IMG/VR virus record: IMGVR_UViG_642918914_000001
Location: 1-64,000 of that record
Reading direction: 5' to 3' (one strand)
Source of the DNA: a virus
Lineage: Duplodnaviria > Caudoviricetes
DNA: 64,000 nucleotides
Shown here: in pieces, positions 27,454 through 37,339 of the stretch
Layout of the letters: each line of letters starts with the position of its first letter
Position numbering within the stretch: the stretch's first letter is position 1
Notes under the pieces: generated by a model
The model's database searches: none
Told to the model about the DNA's origin: nothing
What the model saw: only the letters and a program-made list of their open reading frames with translations
Program-made: the position numbers and the translations under genes

Positions 27454-29505
27454 ATGCACTTCAAAGTCTTCAAGCGCGCGATCGCCGCGCAATACGCTCG
27501 TATGCAAGCGACGGGCGCCCTGTTCCGCACGGACACCAATCCGTACGAGCTGTGGGACAAGTATCTGGAATCGTTCCCCGAGGGCACGAACAACGTGTAT
27601 CGCACCCGCCGCGAGTACGACTGCAACTGCTGCCGTCAATTCGTCAAGGCTGTGGGCAACGTCGTCGCTGTGATCGACGGTCGTCTTCAGTCGATCTGGG
27701 ACGTGGATCTGAGCAAGGAACCCGGCTTCCAACCGGTAGCCGACGCGTGCTCGGCCCTCGTGCTATCCAAGCCCATCAACAACCACTTCCTGTGGTGGGA
27801 ACGCACGGCGGGCACCGACAAGAGCTTCGAGCGCCTGACCGAAGGGGTCCAGGAGTGGGATCACTTCCACGTGAATCTGGACACCAAGTATGTAGCGCAG
27901 CGAGACGAGATTCCCTCGCGTCTAGGTCGTTCGCGTGAAGGGCAGCAAGTGTTCGAGCGTGCAATGCGAGAGCTGACCGCTGACTCGATGGACACGGTGC
28001 TGGACCTGATCTCGCAGAACAGCCTGTATCGTGGCGAAGAGCATTCGTGGGTGGTCGGCCAGCTTCGCGGCCTGAAGGCTGAGTACGATGCGCTGCCCAA
28101 CGCCAAGGCCAAGCTGTTGTTCACGTGGGTGCGTTCGTGCTCGCTGAAGGAAAGCGTGTTGAAGGCGCGGAACAGCGCTATCGGCACGCTTCTGGTCGAT
28201 CTGTCGGCGGGCGTGGACTTGGAGGAAGCTATCAAGAGCTTCGAGTCCAAGGTGGCACCCGCCAACTACAAGCGCCCGACGGCCGTCATCACCAAGGCCA
28301 TGATCGAGAAGGCCAAGGCCACCATCGAGCAACTGGGGCTGACGTCGGCGCTGGATCGTCGCCATGCTACGCTCAGCGACATCTCGGTCAACAACATCTT
28401 GTTCGCCAACCGCGACGCCAAGCAAGTGATGACTGGCAACGTGTTCGACGAGCTGAGCGCCGAAACGTCCAGCCGTGTGCAGGCCAAGTCGCTGGACAGC
28501 GTTGAGGAAGTCTCGATCGAGAAGTTCGTGGCCGACATCCTGCCGCGTGTCTCGTCGATCGAAGTGTTGCTGGAAAACCGACTGCAGCCGAACCTTGTGT
28601 CGCTGGTCGCACCGTCGGACCCAACTTCGGGCAATCTGTTCAAGTGGAACAACAACTTCTCGTGGGCGTACGCCGGTGAAGTGGCTGACTCCATCAAGGA
28701 GCGCGTGAAGAAGGCAGGCGGGCGCGTGGAAGGTGATCTGTGCTGCCGCTTGGCGTGGGGCTACAGCGACGATCTGGACTTCCACATGTTCGAGCCGGAT
28801 GACGGCTCGTCGTCTCGCGATACTCACGTGTTCTACGGCAATCGTGGCATGCTCTCAGGGAACGGCGGCCTTCTGGACGTGGACGCCAACGGCATGGACG
28901 GCGTGCGCCCGGACCCGGTGGAAAACATCGTCTACGCAGATCGCAAGAAGATGCGTCCGGGTACTTACCGCCTCGCAGTCAACAACTACAATCGTCGCCA
29001 GACGGTCAAGACCGGCTTCGAGGTGGAAATCGAGTGCATGGGTCAGCGCTACAACATGGCGTTCGAGAACGCGGTGCCGCAGGGCAAGTACCTGGAGGTC
29101 GCGGAGATTGTGGTGCACAAGGACCGTACGTTGGAGGTCAACTGCAAGCTGCCAGCTTCCACCACTAGCCGCGAAGTGTACAGCCTGCCGTCGCAGACCT
29201 TCCACAAGGTGAACGTGCTGATGATGTCGCCCAATCACTGGGATCAGCAGGGCGTCGGCAACCGCCACTACTTCTTCATGCTGGACGGCTGCCAGACGCA
29301 GGACTCGGTGCGTGGCTTCTTCAACGAGTTCCTCAAGGAAGAACTGAACGTTCACCGCAAGGTGTTCGAAGTGTTGGGCGGCAAGATGCGCGTGACGCCC
29401 ACGCCCGATCAGCTGTCGGGTCTGGGCTTTAGCAGCACGCAACGCAACAGCGTTGTGTGTCGCGTGAAGGGCGCATTCACTCGTACGCTGAAGATCGCGT
29501 TCTGA
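27454..29505 (+). CDS. Large conserved phage protein with YfaP/DUF2135-like domain
   Basis: 683 aa; YDCNCCRQF; DDLDFH...GGLLDVDANG...PVENI. Confidence 0.75.
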   Translation: MHFKVFKRAIAAQYARMQATGALFRTDTNPYELWDKYLESFPEGTNNVYRTRREYDCNCCRQFVKAVGNVVAVIDGRLQSIWDVDLSKEPGFQPVADACSALVLSKPINNHFLWWERTAGTDKSFERLTEGVQEWDHFHVNLDTKYVAQRDEIPSRLGRSREGQQVFERAMRELTADSMDTVLDLISQNSLYRGEEHSWVVGQLRGLKAEYDALPNAKAKLLFTWVRSCSLKESVLKARNSAIGTLLVDLSAGVDLEEAIKSFESKVAPANYKRPTAVITKAMIEKAKATIEQLGLTSALDRRHATLSDISVNNILFANRDAKQVMTGNVFDELSAETSSRVQAKSLDSVEEVSIEKFVADILPRVSSIEVLLENRLQPNLVSLVAPSDPTSGNLFKWNNNFSWAYAGEVADSIKERVKKAGGRVEGDLCCRLAWGYSDDLDFHMFEPDDGSSSRDTHVFYGNRGMLSGNGGLLDVDANGMDGVRPDPVENIVYADRKKMRPGTYRLAVNNYNRRQTVKTGFEVEIECMGQRYNMAFENAVPQGKYLEVAEIVVHKDRTLEVNCKLPASTTSREVYSLPSQTFHKVNVLMMSPNHWDQQGVGNRHYFFMLDGCQTQDSVRGFFNEFLKEELNVHRKVFEVLGGKMRVTPTPDQLSGLGFSSTQRNSVVCRVKGAFTRTLKIAF

Positions 29506-29506
29506 T

Positions 29507-29752
29507 ATGAGCGAGTGTAGGCCTCCGGCGGGCACGCTGCCGGATACCAATCACATTCTCACAGGCGGTCCGGACGACGCCTGGGAGCGATGGGCGCATT
29601 GGAGTGGTACAGGTTGGGATGGGCTGGTCTGGAATATGCGCGGTGCACCTGTTGAAGAGCGCCGCCACACCAGTCCCAAGTTTGCCTACGACGTAGGCTA
29701 TCGATACAAAGCCCCGATGGGGGCATTGCAAGTTACCGTTAAAGGAGAATGA
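29507..29752 (+). CDS. Hypothetical protein
   Basis: In the gene run. Confidence 0.5.
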   Translation: MSECRPPAGTLPDTNHILTGGPDDAWERWAHWSGTGWDGLVWNMRGAPVEERRHTSPKFAYDVGYRYKAPMGALQVTVKGE

Positions 29753-30162
29753 CCATGGAACATCAATTCGAGAAGGCTTCGCGCCTGAAGCTGCGCTTTG
29801 AAACGGATATCGGCCAACTGTCGGTCGAAGACCTGTGGGAGCTGCCGCTGGAACGCAAGGGCAGCCGCCTGTCCCTGGACGAAGTGGCCGTCAACCTGCA
29901 TCGCCAGATCAAGGCCGCAGAAGAGACCCTGTCGTTCGTGTCCAACGTCGCCACGTCGCACACCTACGACCTGCTGCATCTGCGCTTCGAGATCGCCAAG
30001 CACATCATCCAAGTGCGCGTGGCTGAAAACGCGGCGCGTGCGCAAGAGCGCGAGAAGGCTGTGAAGAAGCAACAACTGATGGAAGTCCTGAGCCGCAAGC
30101 AAGATGCGGCGCTGGAGACCAAGTCGGCCGAAGAAATCCAGGCCATGATCGACGCGCTGTAA
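29749..30162 (+). CDS. Conserved phage coiled-coil protein
   Basis: FEKASRLKLRFET...GQLSVEDLWELPL; strong RBS. Confidence 0.75.
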   Translation: MTMEHQFEKASRLKLRFETDIGQLSVEDLWELPLERKGSRLSLDEVAVNLHRQIKAAEETLSFVSNVATSHTYDLLHLRFEIAKHIIQVRVAENAARAQEREKAVKKQQLMEVLSRKQDAALETKSAEEIQAMIDAL

Positions 30163-30169
30163 GGCGGCA

Positions 30170-30191
30170 GGGGCGGACTGCAGTCCGCCCC
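30170..30191. other. 22-bp perfect palindrome
   Basis: GGGGCGGACTGCAGTCCGCCCC, intergenic, no U-tract. Confidence 0.7.
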
Positions 30192-30203
30192 GTTGGAGAC
30201 CAC

Positions 30204-30617
30204 ATGGACAAGGAAGAATTCGTCAAGCGCTGGTCGTGGATCGATCCGATGCTTGACAGCAACAAGCTCACGTATCGTCTGGGAGTGGAACGACACGGTG
30301 AACACTACGCGGTACGCGGCGCTTGCCACAAGCTACTCCCGTATCTGACCCCGTGCCATTCGCAGTATCTGGAGCACACAGACGGCCACGACTGGGAACT
30401 GTATCGCGCAAGTCATCGGGGAACGGTCGACGGCGTCGAATATCTGTGGGGCATGTTCGTCGAAGGGCTTGGCATGTTCAACGTGATGGTGCCTGTTGAA
30501 CTGGCTCGTCCGCTGACCGCTGCCGAGCGCGAAGCGTGGTCCAAGGTCAAGCTGGGCATGTACGGTTCGCACTCGGGCAAGCTGTCATACACGATGCCTT
30601 CGGGCGTCACTGTCTAA
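30204..30617 (+). CDS. Hypothetical protein
   Basis: GGAG RBS. Confidence 0.7.
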   Translation: MDKEEFVKRWSWIDPMLDSNKLTYRLGVERHGEHYAVRGACHKLLPYLTPCHSQYLEHTDGHDWELYRASHRGTVDGVEYLWGMFVEGLGMFNVMVPVELARPLTAAEREAWSKVKLGMYGSHSGKLSYTMPSGVTV

Positions 30618-30684
30618 GGACGTATCATGTACGTACAACATCACTACACCTGCTCTCGATTATTTTCAATTCGAGGAGCAGGCA

Positions 30685-30849
30685 ATGAGCAGGACTGTGA
30701 AAGGTAGCAAGGCACCGGGCTATGAGTACTGGAGCCGTCGGCCCAACAAGGGCGCACGTGGTGGCGTTGGTCGCTTCACCAAGCGCAAGACCCATCGAGC
30801 CGAACGCCAGCAAGGCAAGCGCGAAACGCGGTGCCCCAGCGACGAATAG
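30685..30849 (+). CDS. Small basic protein (54 aa, absent from the ORF track)
   Basis: GAGGAG RBS; MSRTVKGSKAPGYEYWSRRP...KRKTHRAER. Confidence 0.65.
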   Translation: MSRTVKGSKAPGYEYWSRRPNKGARGGVGRFTKRKTHRAERQQGKRETRCPSDE

Positions 30850-30858
30850 TGGGTCAAA

Positions 30859-30918
30859 CCGGGTGTTGTAGATTCGCAACACCCGGCCCTTGCACGCCAC
30901 CGCCATTTCTGGCATAAT
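30859..30918 (+). promoter_or_regulatory. Early promoter module
   Basis: CCGGGTGTTG-TAGATTCG-CAACACCCGG, then TTGCAC (30890)-17 nt-CATAAT (30913). Confidence 0.8.
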
Positions 30919-30970
30919 GGCAGCAGCAAGTAGTACACTCGTTACGCACTCCTACCGAAAGGGAGCCCCC

Positions 30971-31261
30971 ATGCAAAGCCAAATCAGCCGCGAACTGCGC
31001 GCTACCCTTGCGCAATGCACCGCAGAGCTTATCCGTAGCGTTATCGGCACCAATCGCAGTTACTCCAACGCAGATCTAGCCGCACGCCGCTTGCGCGCCG
31101 CTCAGCATCTCTGGACTTTTCTGCGCACCGCGCACACCCTCCATCATGTGGAGCAAGCGTTGCACAGTGCCAGTCGTACTCTTACCCATCCGCTTGACGC
31201 TCCTGCGTTGCAACGCATCCAGCAGGTCGTCAGTTCGCAGTTCAAAGTTGACTTGCTCTAG
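30971..31261 (+). CDS. Hypothetical early protein
   Basis: CTCCTACCGAAAGGGAG leader. Confidence 0.65.
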   Translation: MQSQISRELRATLAQCTAELIRSVIGTNRSYSNADLAARRLRAAQHLWTFLRTAHTLHHVEQALHSASRTLTHPLDAPALQRIQQVVSSQFKVDLL

Positions 31262-31269
31262 GAACCGTC

Positions 31270-31620
31270 ATGACCAAAAATCGCTACCCGGTGCGCGGCA
31301 CCAACTACACTCTCCGCCAGATTCTCAGTGAGCTGACGTTGGACGATAGTCCCAGCCTCAACTTCACGGTCCTCGGCGTGGACGGTGTGATTCAAACCTC
31401 GCACGTGACCGAAGAACAGATGCTGTCGGTGCCCTACATGGCGGACACGGTTTGGCAGTATGTGCGCACGACCCGCGAGTGGATTCCCATCTTCACTTAC
31501 GTCGGCAACGGCGACCTGCGTGAGGTCCTGGATTTGGAGCTGTGGAAGCGCGAAGAGTGGGAGAAGGATCGTCCCAAATTCTGGTGGGCAACTCCGAAAG
31601 GTTTCCCGCGTCAACAGTAA
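31270..31620 (+). CDS. Hypothetical protein
   Basis: AGGA RBS. Confidence 0.7.
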   Translation: MTKNRYPVRGTNYTLRQILSELTLDDSPSLNFTVLGVDGVIQTSHVTEEQMLSVPYMADTVWQYVRTTREWIPIFTYVGNGDLREVLDLELWKREEWEKDRPKFWWATPKGFPRQQ

Positions 31621-31629
31621 GGAGCAGAC

Positions 31630-31905
31630 ATGAACACCGAACCAAAGACTCGCGCGCTGATGGAGCGCGCTCTGCGCAAGTGTGATGTGCGCAAAATGCG
31701 TCGTGCCTTGAACATCGCACAAAAGCGATACACAGCGCAGGGTGAGTGGGTGAGCGCAGGCGCTGCACGGCTGGCCGCAAGTCGTGTTTCCCACCAGATC
31801 CGTCGCCTTCGCCGATTGATGGCAGAGGCCAAGGCCGACGGACTGAATGTCGACCTCTCGATTGAGGACGTCACGGTCAACATGTCGCTCACCGACGTCG
31901 GCTAG
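31630..31905 (+). CDS. Hypothetical protein
   Basis: AAGGAG RBS. Confidence 0.65.
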   Translation: MNTEPKTRALMERALRKCDVRKMRRALNIAQKRYTAQGEWVSAGAARLAASRVSHQIRRLRRLMAEAKADGLNVDLSIEDVTVNMSLTDVG

Positions 31906-31906
31906 T

Positions 31907-32524
31907 ATGAATCTGTTCTGGCTGGATTTGGATCCGCGCATCAGTGCGCGTCATGCGTGCGATCAGCATAACAACAAGATGCTGATCGAGCACGCACAGA
32001 TGATTTGCACGGTGCTGCACGCGCTTGGCTATCGCCGCCTGCCAATGAAGTCGTTGGGCATGGGCAAGGAACTGCTTCAGTGGGTGTACGAGGACTTCGC
32101 CAACTTCGCGTATCTGCACGACCTGTCGTTCTACTACTTCCAGGAGTACTGTGCACGACATGGTAAAGACCAGCATCATGCGTGGCGCAAGATTGTGCTG
32201 GCGGTCGATCGTTGTGGTGGCATGCGTGCAATCCGTCGTGAGTTCCGTCGTCAGGGGCGTGACGCCAGCCGCGATGTTCGGTATTACGTAAATACAGAGC
32301 ACAACGCCCCGCTCTGGGCGTGTATCACAGTTCCTCCGCTGTACATGCCTGACGAGTTCAAGTACCGTCTTGTTGGCGACACGCAGCGTCGGTTGCGTGC
32401 TGTTGTGCGTTCGTATCGTCGCTTCTACACACTGTCCAAGTCAAGATTCGCTCGTTACTATCATTCTGCCCCGCCGCCGTATATGCGTGGCGCCTGCAAA
32501 ACGAAAACCAAGAACCGCTCATGA
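31907..32524 (+). CDS. Pyrimidine-dimer DNA glycosylase-like protein
   Basis: MNLFWLD-DP...A...CDQH-NKMLIEHAQMICT...YRRFY. Confidence 0.7.
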   Translation: MNLFWLDLDPRISARHACDQHNNKMLIEHAQMICTVLHALGYRRLPMKSLGMGKELLQWVYEDFANFAYLHDLSFYYFQEYCARHGKDQHHAWRKIVLAVDRCGGMRAIRREFRRQGRDASRDVRYYVNTEHNAPLWACITVPPLYMPDEFKYRLVGDTQRRLRAVVRSYRRFYTLSKSRFARYYHSAPPPYMRGACKTKTKNRS

Positions 32525-34398
32525 AAGTCACTGCTCAGAACCTGAACAAAGCGAAGAAGCTGTACAAGCAGGCGCGGGTCGCCTACTACGAAAAGGCCGA
32601 GATCATGACCGACGCTGAGTTCGACGCGTTGGAAGACAGCATCCGCCGCCTGGATCCCAAGTGGGACGAGCTCCAGAAGACTGGGACCAAGGTCGAGGTC
32701 AAGAACAAGAAGCAGGAAGTCAAGCTGCTTGAGTTCATGCCTTCCAAGAACAAGATCTACCCTGAGCACGTGGCAAAGTATGCTGCCAAGCACGCGTCAG
32801 TGGAAGTGTGGAATGTGAGCCACAAGCTGGACGGCACGAGTCTACAGCTCGCATATCGCGGCGGGCGCCCCTGGAAGTTGATCACGCGTGGTGACGGTGC
32901 ACTGGGCAAGGACATCTCGTTCTTCCTGCCCCATCTGGTGAAGATCGGCATGATCCCTGATCACATCAAGACCGATGCGTTGGTCGTCGTCTTCCGCTGT
33001 GAGGGCATCATGCCGGTGGCCGTCTTCGAGAAGAAGTGGGCGGGCAAGTACGACAACGCTCGTCAGCTGGCGAACGGCGTGTTCAACCGCCAGGACATGC
33101 ATCCGGCGCTGGCCGATGTGCATATGGTGGTGCTCAGTGTCTACGGCATGAAGCAGGGCGAAGGCATCATGTACGCCAAGCGACAGGGGTTCCATGTGGT
33201 GCCTACGCGAATGCTCAAGGGACGATTGGACGCTGAAGTGCTGACGCGCCTCCTGAACAAGGAGCGCGAGGCCTCCATCTACGAGATGGATGGTTTGATC
33301 CTGGTGCCGTCCCCGCGCATCATGTCGTACACGTCGCCGGATCGTCCGAAGGACATCACTGCGTTCAAGTTCAACGACGAAGAGAACGCAGCGGAAGTTC
33401 CCGTGGAAAGCGTCGTCTGGCAGAAGACTCGCTTGCATCGTTGGCAGCCCAAGATCACCATCAAGCCCACGTTCATGGATGGCGTGATGGTGACCAACGT
33501 CACGGCGCACAACCCTGCTTGGATGAAGGAACGCGGCATCGGGCCGGGTGCGATCGTCAAGGTGTTGCGCAGCGGCGGAGTCATCCCCAAGATTGTGGGC
33601 GTCGTCAAGAAGGGCAAGTTCCAGCCGCCGCCGGGTCCGTACGTGGAGGACGGTCGCCTGTTCCGCATGACCGAGGGCGACGCATCCACCGAAGTGCGAG
33701 GCATTCACCATTTTATGACGACGTTGGGTATCGAGCTGCTCGCGTCCAAGACCATCACCAAACTGTACGAGGAGGGCTTCACCACGGTGTACGACTACAT
33801 CGATCTGGCTATCAACGGCGATGAAGGTCGGCTGCAAACCGCAGGCATCGGCGTCAAGATGAGCCAGAAGATCCAGGCAGAATTGGAGCGTGTGCTGGGC
33901 TCCACCATCAACCTGCGCTTGCTCATGGTTGCCTCTGGCTGCTTCCGCGATGGCATTGGCCGTCGTAAGCTGGAAGCGTTGGAAGCGGCTGGCATCAGCA
34001 TGCGCTTCTTGCTGAAGTCCAGTGACTTCGCGCTGCGCGGTGAACTGTCCAAGGTCAAGGGCTTCTCCGACATCACCATAGAGGCCGTGATCGACGGAGT
34101 GAACGCATTCCGCAAGTGGTTCGACGAGGTCCGTGAACTCCTGGAGGTCGACGGGTCGCTGCCCAAGGCCAAGAAGGTGGTGACCGGCAAGCTCACGGGC
34201 CAGTTCGTGTCGTGGACCGGCTATCGCAACAAGGACGAAGAGCAGAAGGTAGAAGCGTGGGGCGGTACCATCGTGCCGTTTGGTAGCAAGACCACCATTC
34301 TTCTGTACAGCCCCTCGGGCAAGACCAGTTCCAAAGTCGAAAAGGCAGGATCCAAGGCTATGACGTGGGTCCAACTCACCAGCAAGTTCAAGATCTAA
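32521..34398 (+). CDS. ligA: NAD+-dependent DNA ligase
   Basis: YY...MTDAEFDALE, HKLDG adenylation motif, TRGDG, EMDGLI, RSGGVIPKI, C-terminal BRCT-like domain. Confidence 0.93.
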   Translation: MKVTAQNLNKAKKLYKQARVAYYEKAEIMTDAEFDALEDSIRRLDPKWDELQKTGTKVEVKNKKQEVKLLEFMPSKNKIYPEHVAKYAAKHASVEVWNVSHKLDGTSLQLAYRGGRPWKLITRGDGALGKDISFFLPHLVKIGMIPDHIKTDALVVVFRCEGIMPVAVFEKKWAGKYDNARQLANGVFNRQDMHPALADVHMVVLSVYGMKQGEGIMYAKRQGFHVVPTRMLKGRLDAEVLTRLLNKEREASIYEMDGLILVPSPRIMSYTSPDRPKDITAFKFNDEENAAEVPVESVVWQKTRLHRWQPKITIKPTFMDGVMVTNVTAHNPAWMKERGIGPGAIVKVLRSGGVIPKIVGVVKKGKFQPPPGPYVEDGRLFRMTEGDASTEVRGIHHFMTTLGIELLASKTITKLYEEGFTTVYDYIDLAINGDEGRLQTAGIGVKMSQKIQAELERVLGSTINLRLLMVASGCFRDGIGRRKLEALEAAGISMRFLLKSSDFALRGELSKVKGFSDITIEAVIDGVNAFRKWFDEVRELLEVDGSLPKAKKVVTGKLTGQFVSWTGYRNKDEEQKVEAWGGTIVPFGSKTTILLYSPSGKTSSKVEKAGSKAMTWVQLTSKFKI

Positions 34399-34409
34399 GG
34401 AAGGCAATC

Positions 34410-34670
34410 ATGAGCAGCCCGAAGCATCCTCAACAGCCCGTTGTCTTATCCAATGGCGTCGCTCGTTTCAAGGAAAACGCCATCATCTGCCACTTATTCG
34501 AATCAGGTAAGCTGGATCTCAACGAGTTAGCGCGCATGGAGTTCAGTGCTGAGGATCGCATGCAGATTGCTCAGCTCCTCGGTTACAGTCTCGTGGGCTA
34601 CAGTGACTTGTCTTACGCCACCGACGAGTCAGTGGAAGCCGCGTATAAGCAAGCAAAGAAACTCAAATAG
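34410..34670 (+). CDS. Conserved phage hypothetical protein
   Basis: KHPQQP...RFKENAI...QIAQLLGYS. Confidence 0.7.
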   Translation: MSSPKHPQQPVVLSNGVARFKENAIICHLFESGKLDLNELARMEFSAEDRMQIAQLLGYSLVGYSDLSYATDESVEAAYKQAKKLK

Positions 34671-34679
34671 GAGGGTGTC

Positions 34680-34910
34680 ATGCACCTAGTAATGACTATC
34701 GAGGAGTTGGAGGCGCTTGTCCCAACTCCTTCCATCGCGTGGGACATCGCAGGCATCGATCCGTACAAGCGATCGCAGGTGCCTGACACGCAGGAATTCA
34801 ACATCGACCTACGGACCCTGTACATGCACGGCATCGCCCGCATGGCCATCGTTCCACTGGTAGTAGAAGGCGCCGACACGTTGGCGTACACGCTGCAGGA
34901 TCGGTCATGA
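34680..34910 (+). CDS. Hypothetical protein
   Basis: AGGAGG RBS. Confidence 0.6.
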   Translation: MHLVMTIEELEALVPTPSIAWDIAGIDPYKRSQVPDTQEFNIDLRTLYMHGIARMAIVPLVVEGADTLAYTLQDRS

Positions 34911-35254
34911 AGAAGATGCAACTACGGCAGGTGGAAGCACCTCCAACGTTCCCCGTGATTCGAGTGTCACGGGCATTTGATCTGGAAGTGACGATCGAGG
35001 TGGAGCTCGCCACTCGCATCTCCAAGACCAGCGTCTGGCTGTGGACCGGCCTCCAAGAGGTGAAACGCGCTCGCATCACGCGCGACCGTCAATACTTCGA
35101 CGCTGAAGTTGAAGGGCCAGCGGCACACGCACTGATTCAGTCGTGGATCATCGCATGGCAGCAAGAATTGGATGCGGCACGTGCCAAGTCCAAAGCACTG
35201 GCTTCCAGTCTGCAAGCGTTCAAGACACGCGGCTACAAGATTCAAGGGCTCTGA
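34907..35254 (+). CDS. Hypothetical protein
   Basis: ATGA overlap. Confidence 0.6.
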   Translation: MKKMQLRQVEAPPTFPVIRVSRAFDLEVTIEVELATRISKTSVWLWTGLQEVKRARITRDRQYFDAEVEGPAAHALIQSWIIAWQQELDAARAKSKALASSLQAFKTRGYKIQGL

Positions 35255-35256
35255 TC

Positions 35257-35772
35257 ATGTCCATGTACACACAGTTCTGGGTTGGCTGTCGCCTGAAGGC
35301 GGATACACCCGCGACCATGGTGGCTCTTATCAAGGACCTGATCGGCGACAACCGACTGAAGTCGAAGCCCAATGGCTTCGCGGAAGAGATGGCGCGTAGT
35401 CCAGAAGGTGCTCGTTATCTGAGCGACCACCGCCATTTCTATCTTGGCCACCCAGTGCACTTCGGTTCAGGAGCCGAATGGTTGTTGGAAGAAGCCATCA
35501 AGGATCACGATCCCGAGGCGACCGACTGGGATTTCCACACGCTGGACGACGGTACGCATTTCCTGCTGATCGGCACGGTGGTACCCAACTATCAGGGCGT
35601 CCTAGAAAAATTCTTGGCCTGGATCGGCCCTTGGATCGTAGAACCCGTGGGTACCGAGATCGGCCAGTGTCTGTACGAAGAATACCAGAAGCCGTCACCT
35701 GTCGTGGTGGGTGAGGAACTCAAGACCGGCACGCGGTCCCGCGATGAAGGCGGCTGGTGGTGGCCCCAGTAG
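35257..35772 (+). CDS. Hypothetical phage protein
   Basis: MSMYT...LKADTP...NYQGVLEKFLAWI. Confidence 0.7.
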   Translation: MSMYTQFWVGCRLKADTPATMVALIKDLIGDNRLKSKPNGFAEEMARSPEGARYLSDHRHFYLGHPVHFGSGAEWLLEEAIKDHDPEATDWDFHTLDDGTHFLLIGTVVPNYQGVLEKFLAWIGPWIVEPVGTEIGQCLYEEYQKPSPVVVGEELKTGTRSRDEGGWWWPQ

Positions 35773-35868
35773 TAAAGAGTAAGCACGGGGAGCATTCTAA
35801 GTTAGCCTCACTGATTAGTAGTATAGAGCAGTACAAAATTCAATCAACCCTATCTACATAGAGAGATC

Positions 35869-36954
35869 ATGAAGAAGACTATCATCATGTTCGCGGCTTG
35901 TGCCGCGTTTGCAGGAATGGCCTACGCAACTCCCGGCAACAACGGCGGCGGTAACGGTGGCTGCGGTGTCGGCCAGCAGACCAACGGTTGCGGTGGTTCG
36001 GGCGGTTCAGGTGGCACTGGCGGTACCGTGAACAACGGTGGCGCTGGAGGCAACGGCGGTAACGGTGGCGCTGGCGGTATGGGCGGTCAAGGGGGCGCGG
36101 GTTACGGTGGCACGGGTGTCGGCATCGGTGTTGGTGTGGGCATGGGCGGCAACTCGTCGTCGCACGCCACTGGTGGCAACGCCAACGCGACCGGCGGATC
36201 GGTCCTAGGTTCCGGCAATTCCAACAACCACAACACGCAGAATCAGTCGCAAGGTCAAGGCCAGTCGCAAGGCCAGATCGCCAACGGCGGATCGGTGATG
36301 GGTTCGGGCAACTCGGCCAATAGCAACCGGAACAACAACGAGAACAGCAATCGCAACAACAACGCGAATGCCAACTCCAACGTGAACGGCAACACGAACC
36401 TGAACGGCAACAGCAACCACAACCAGTCGTCCGCGTCCAACAGCAACGCGAACACCGCGCAGGGCGGCGCCGGTGGCAACGCCAGCAACACCAACACCAA
36501 CAGCAATGCGAACAACGGCAACAACAGCGCGCAGAACGTGTCGGTGTCCGGCGACACGGTGACGTACGAAGCTGCGAAGATTCCGGTGGCAACCGCCTAC
36601 GCGCCGAACATCTCGCCGACGGCAGTTTGCATGGGTTCGACCAGCGCTGGCGGTCAGGGCATGACCTTCGGTTTCTCCATCGGTAGCTCCTGGACCGACA
36701 GCAACTGTATGCTGCTGGAGCAAGTGCGCAGCGTGGCCGCTGTTCTCGGTGACAAGAGCACTGCTGCCGAAATGATGTGCGGGTTCGAATCGTATCGCGA
36801 AGCTCGTGCACGTACCGGCAATCCGTGCGGTGGCAAGGCGCCTGCCGCTACGACCTCGGCCACGACGCTGGATCCCATTATGACGGCGGCTTCCAAGCCG
36901 GAATACACGGATCCGATCGTTCGCGCGCGTCTGGGTCTGCCGCCGCTCAAGTAA
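35869..36954 (+). CDS. Secreted Gly/Asn-rich low-complexity protein
   Basis: Signal peptide, Gly and Asn/Ser tracts, C-terminal CMGS...C...C domain. Confidence 0.8.
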   Translation: MKKTIIMFAACAAFAGMAYATPGNNGGGNGGCGVGQQTNGCGGSGGSGGTGGTVNNGGAGGNGGNGGAGGMGGQGGAGYGGTGVGIGVGVGMGGNSSSHATGGNANATGGSVLGSGNSNNHNTQNQSQGQGQSQGQIANGGSVMGSGNSANSNRNNNENSNRNNNANANSNVNGNTNLNGNSNHNQSSASNSNANTAQGGAGGNASNTNTNSNANNGNNSAQNVSVSGDTVTYEAAKIPVATAYAPNISPTAVCMGSTSAGGQGMTFGFSIGSSWTDSNCMLLEQVRSVAAVLGDKSTAAEMMCGFESYREARARTGNPCGGKAPAATTSATTLDPIMTAASKPEYTDPIVRARLGLPPLK

Positions 36955-36970
36955 GCTGTAATTGCGCAAC

Positions 36971-36994
36971 AGGGGACTTCGGTCCCCTCTTTCC
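36971..36994 (+). terminator. Intrinsic terminator
   Basis: AGGGGAC-TTCG-GTCCCCT-CTTT. Confidence 0.7.
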
Positions 36995-37009
36995 ATTGGA
37001 GCTTCATTC

Positions 37010-37336
37010 ATGAACAACATCACTGCCACTGACCTGTTCCTAGGGTGTGGAGGCTTCGCGGCCCTTCTCCTTCTCCTATACGTGATCTCCAGCACGATAG
37101 CCGAATGTCATCTGGATCGCTTCCTCACGGCGTACAACAGTCGCCTCCGGGCGCTCTATTCTGTAGGCTTCTACAAGAACCGGAGCGTGTTTCGCATCGA
37201 AGGGTCGCAGGTGTTGATTGAAACCGCTTCTCCCCTCAAGATGTTCTTCATCGTTCGTCGGTTGTACAGCGGTCAGCTGTCGCGGCACGCGCTCGAGATG
37301 CTGTCGGACACTCCCTTCTCAAAGCTTCCCTCCTAA
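37010..37336 (+). CDS. Membrane-anchored hypothetical protein
   Basis: GGAG RBS; N-terminal hydrophobic helix. Confidence 0.55.
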   Translation: MNNITATDLFLGCGGFAALLLLLYVISSTIAECHLDRFLTAYNSRLRALYSVGFYKNRSVFRIEGSQVLIETASPLKMFFIVRRLYSGQLSRHALEMLSDTPFSKLPS

Positions 37337-37339
37337 GCC

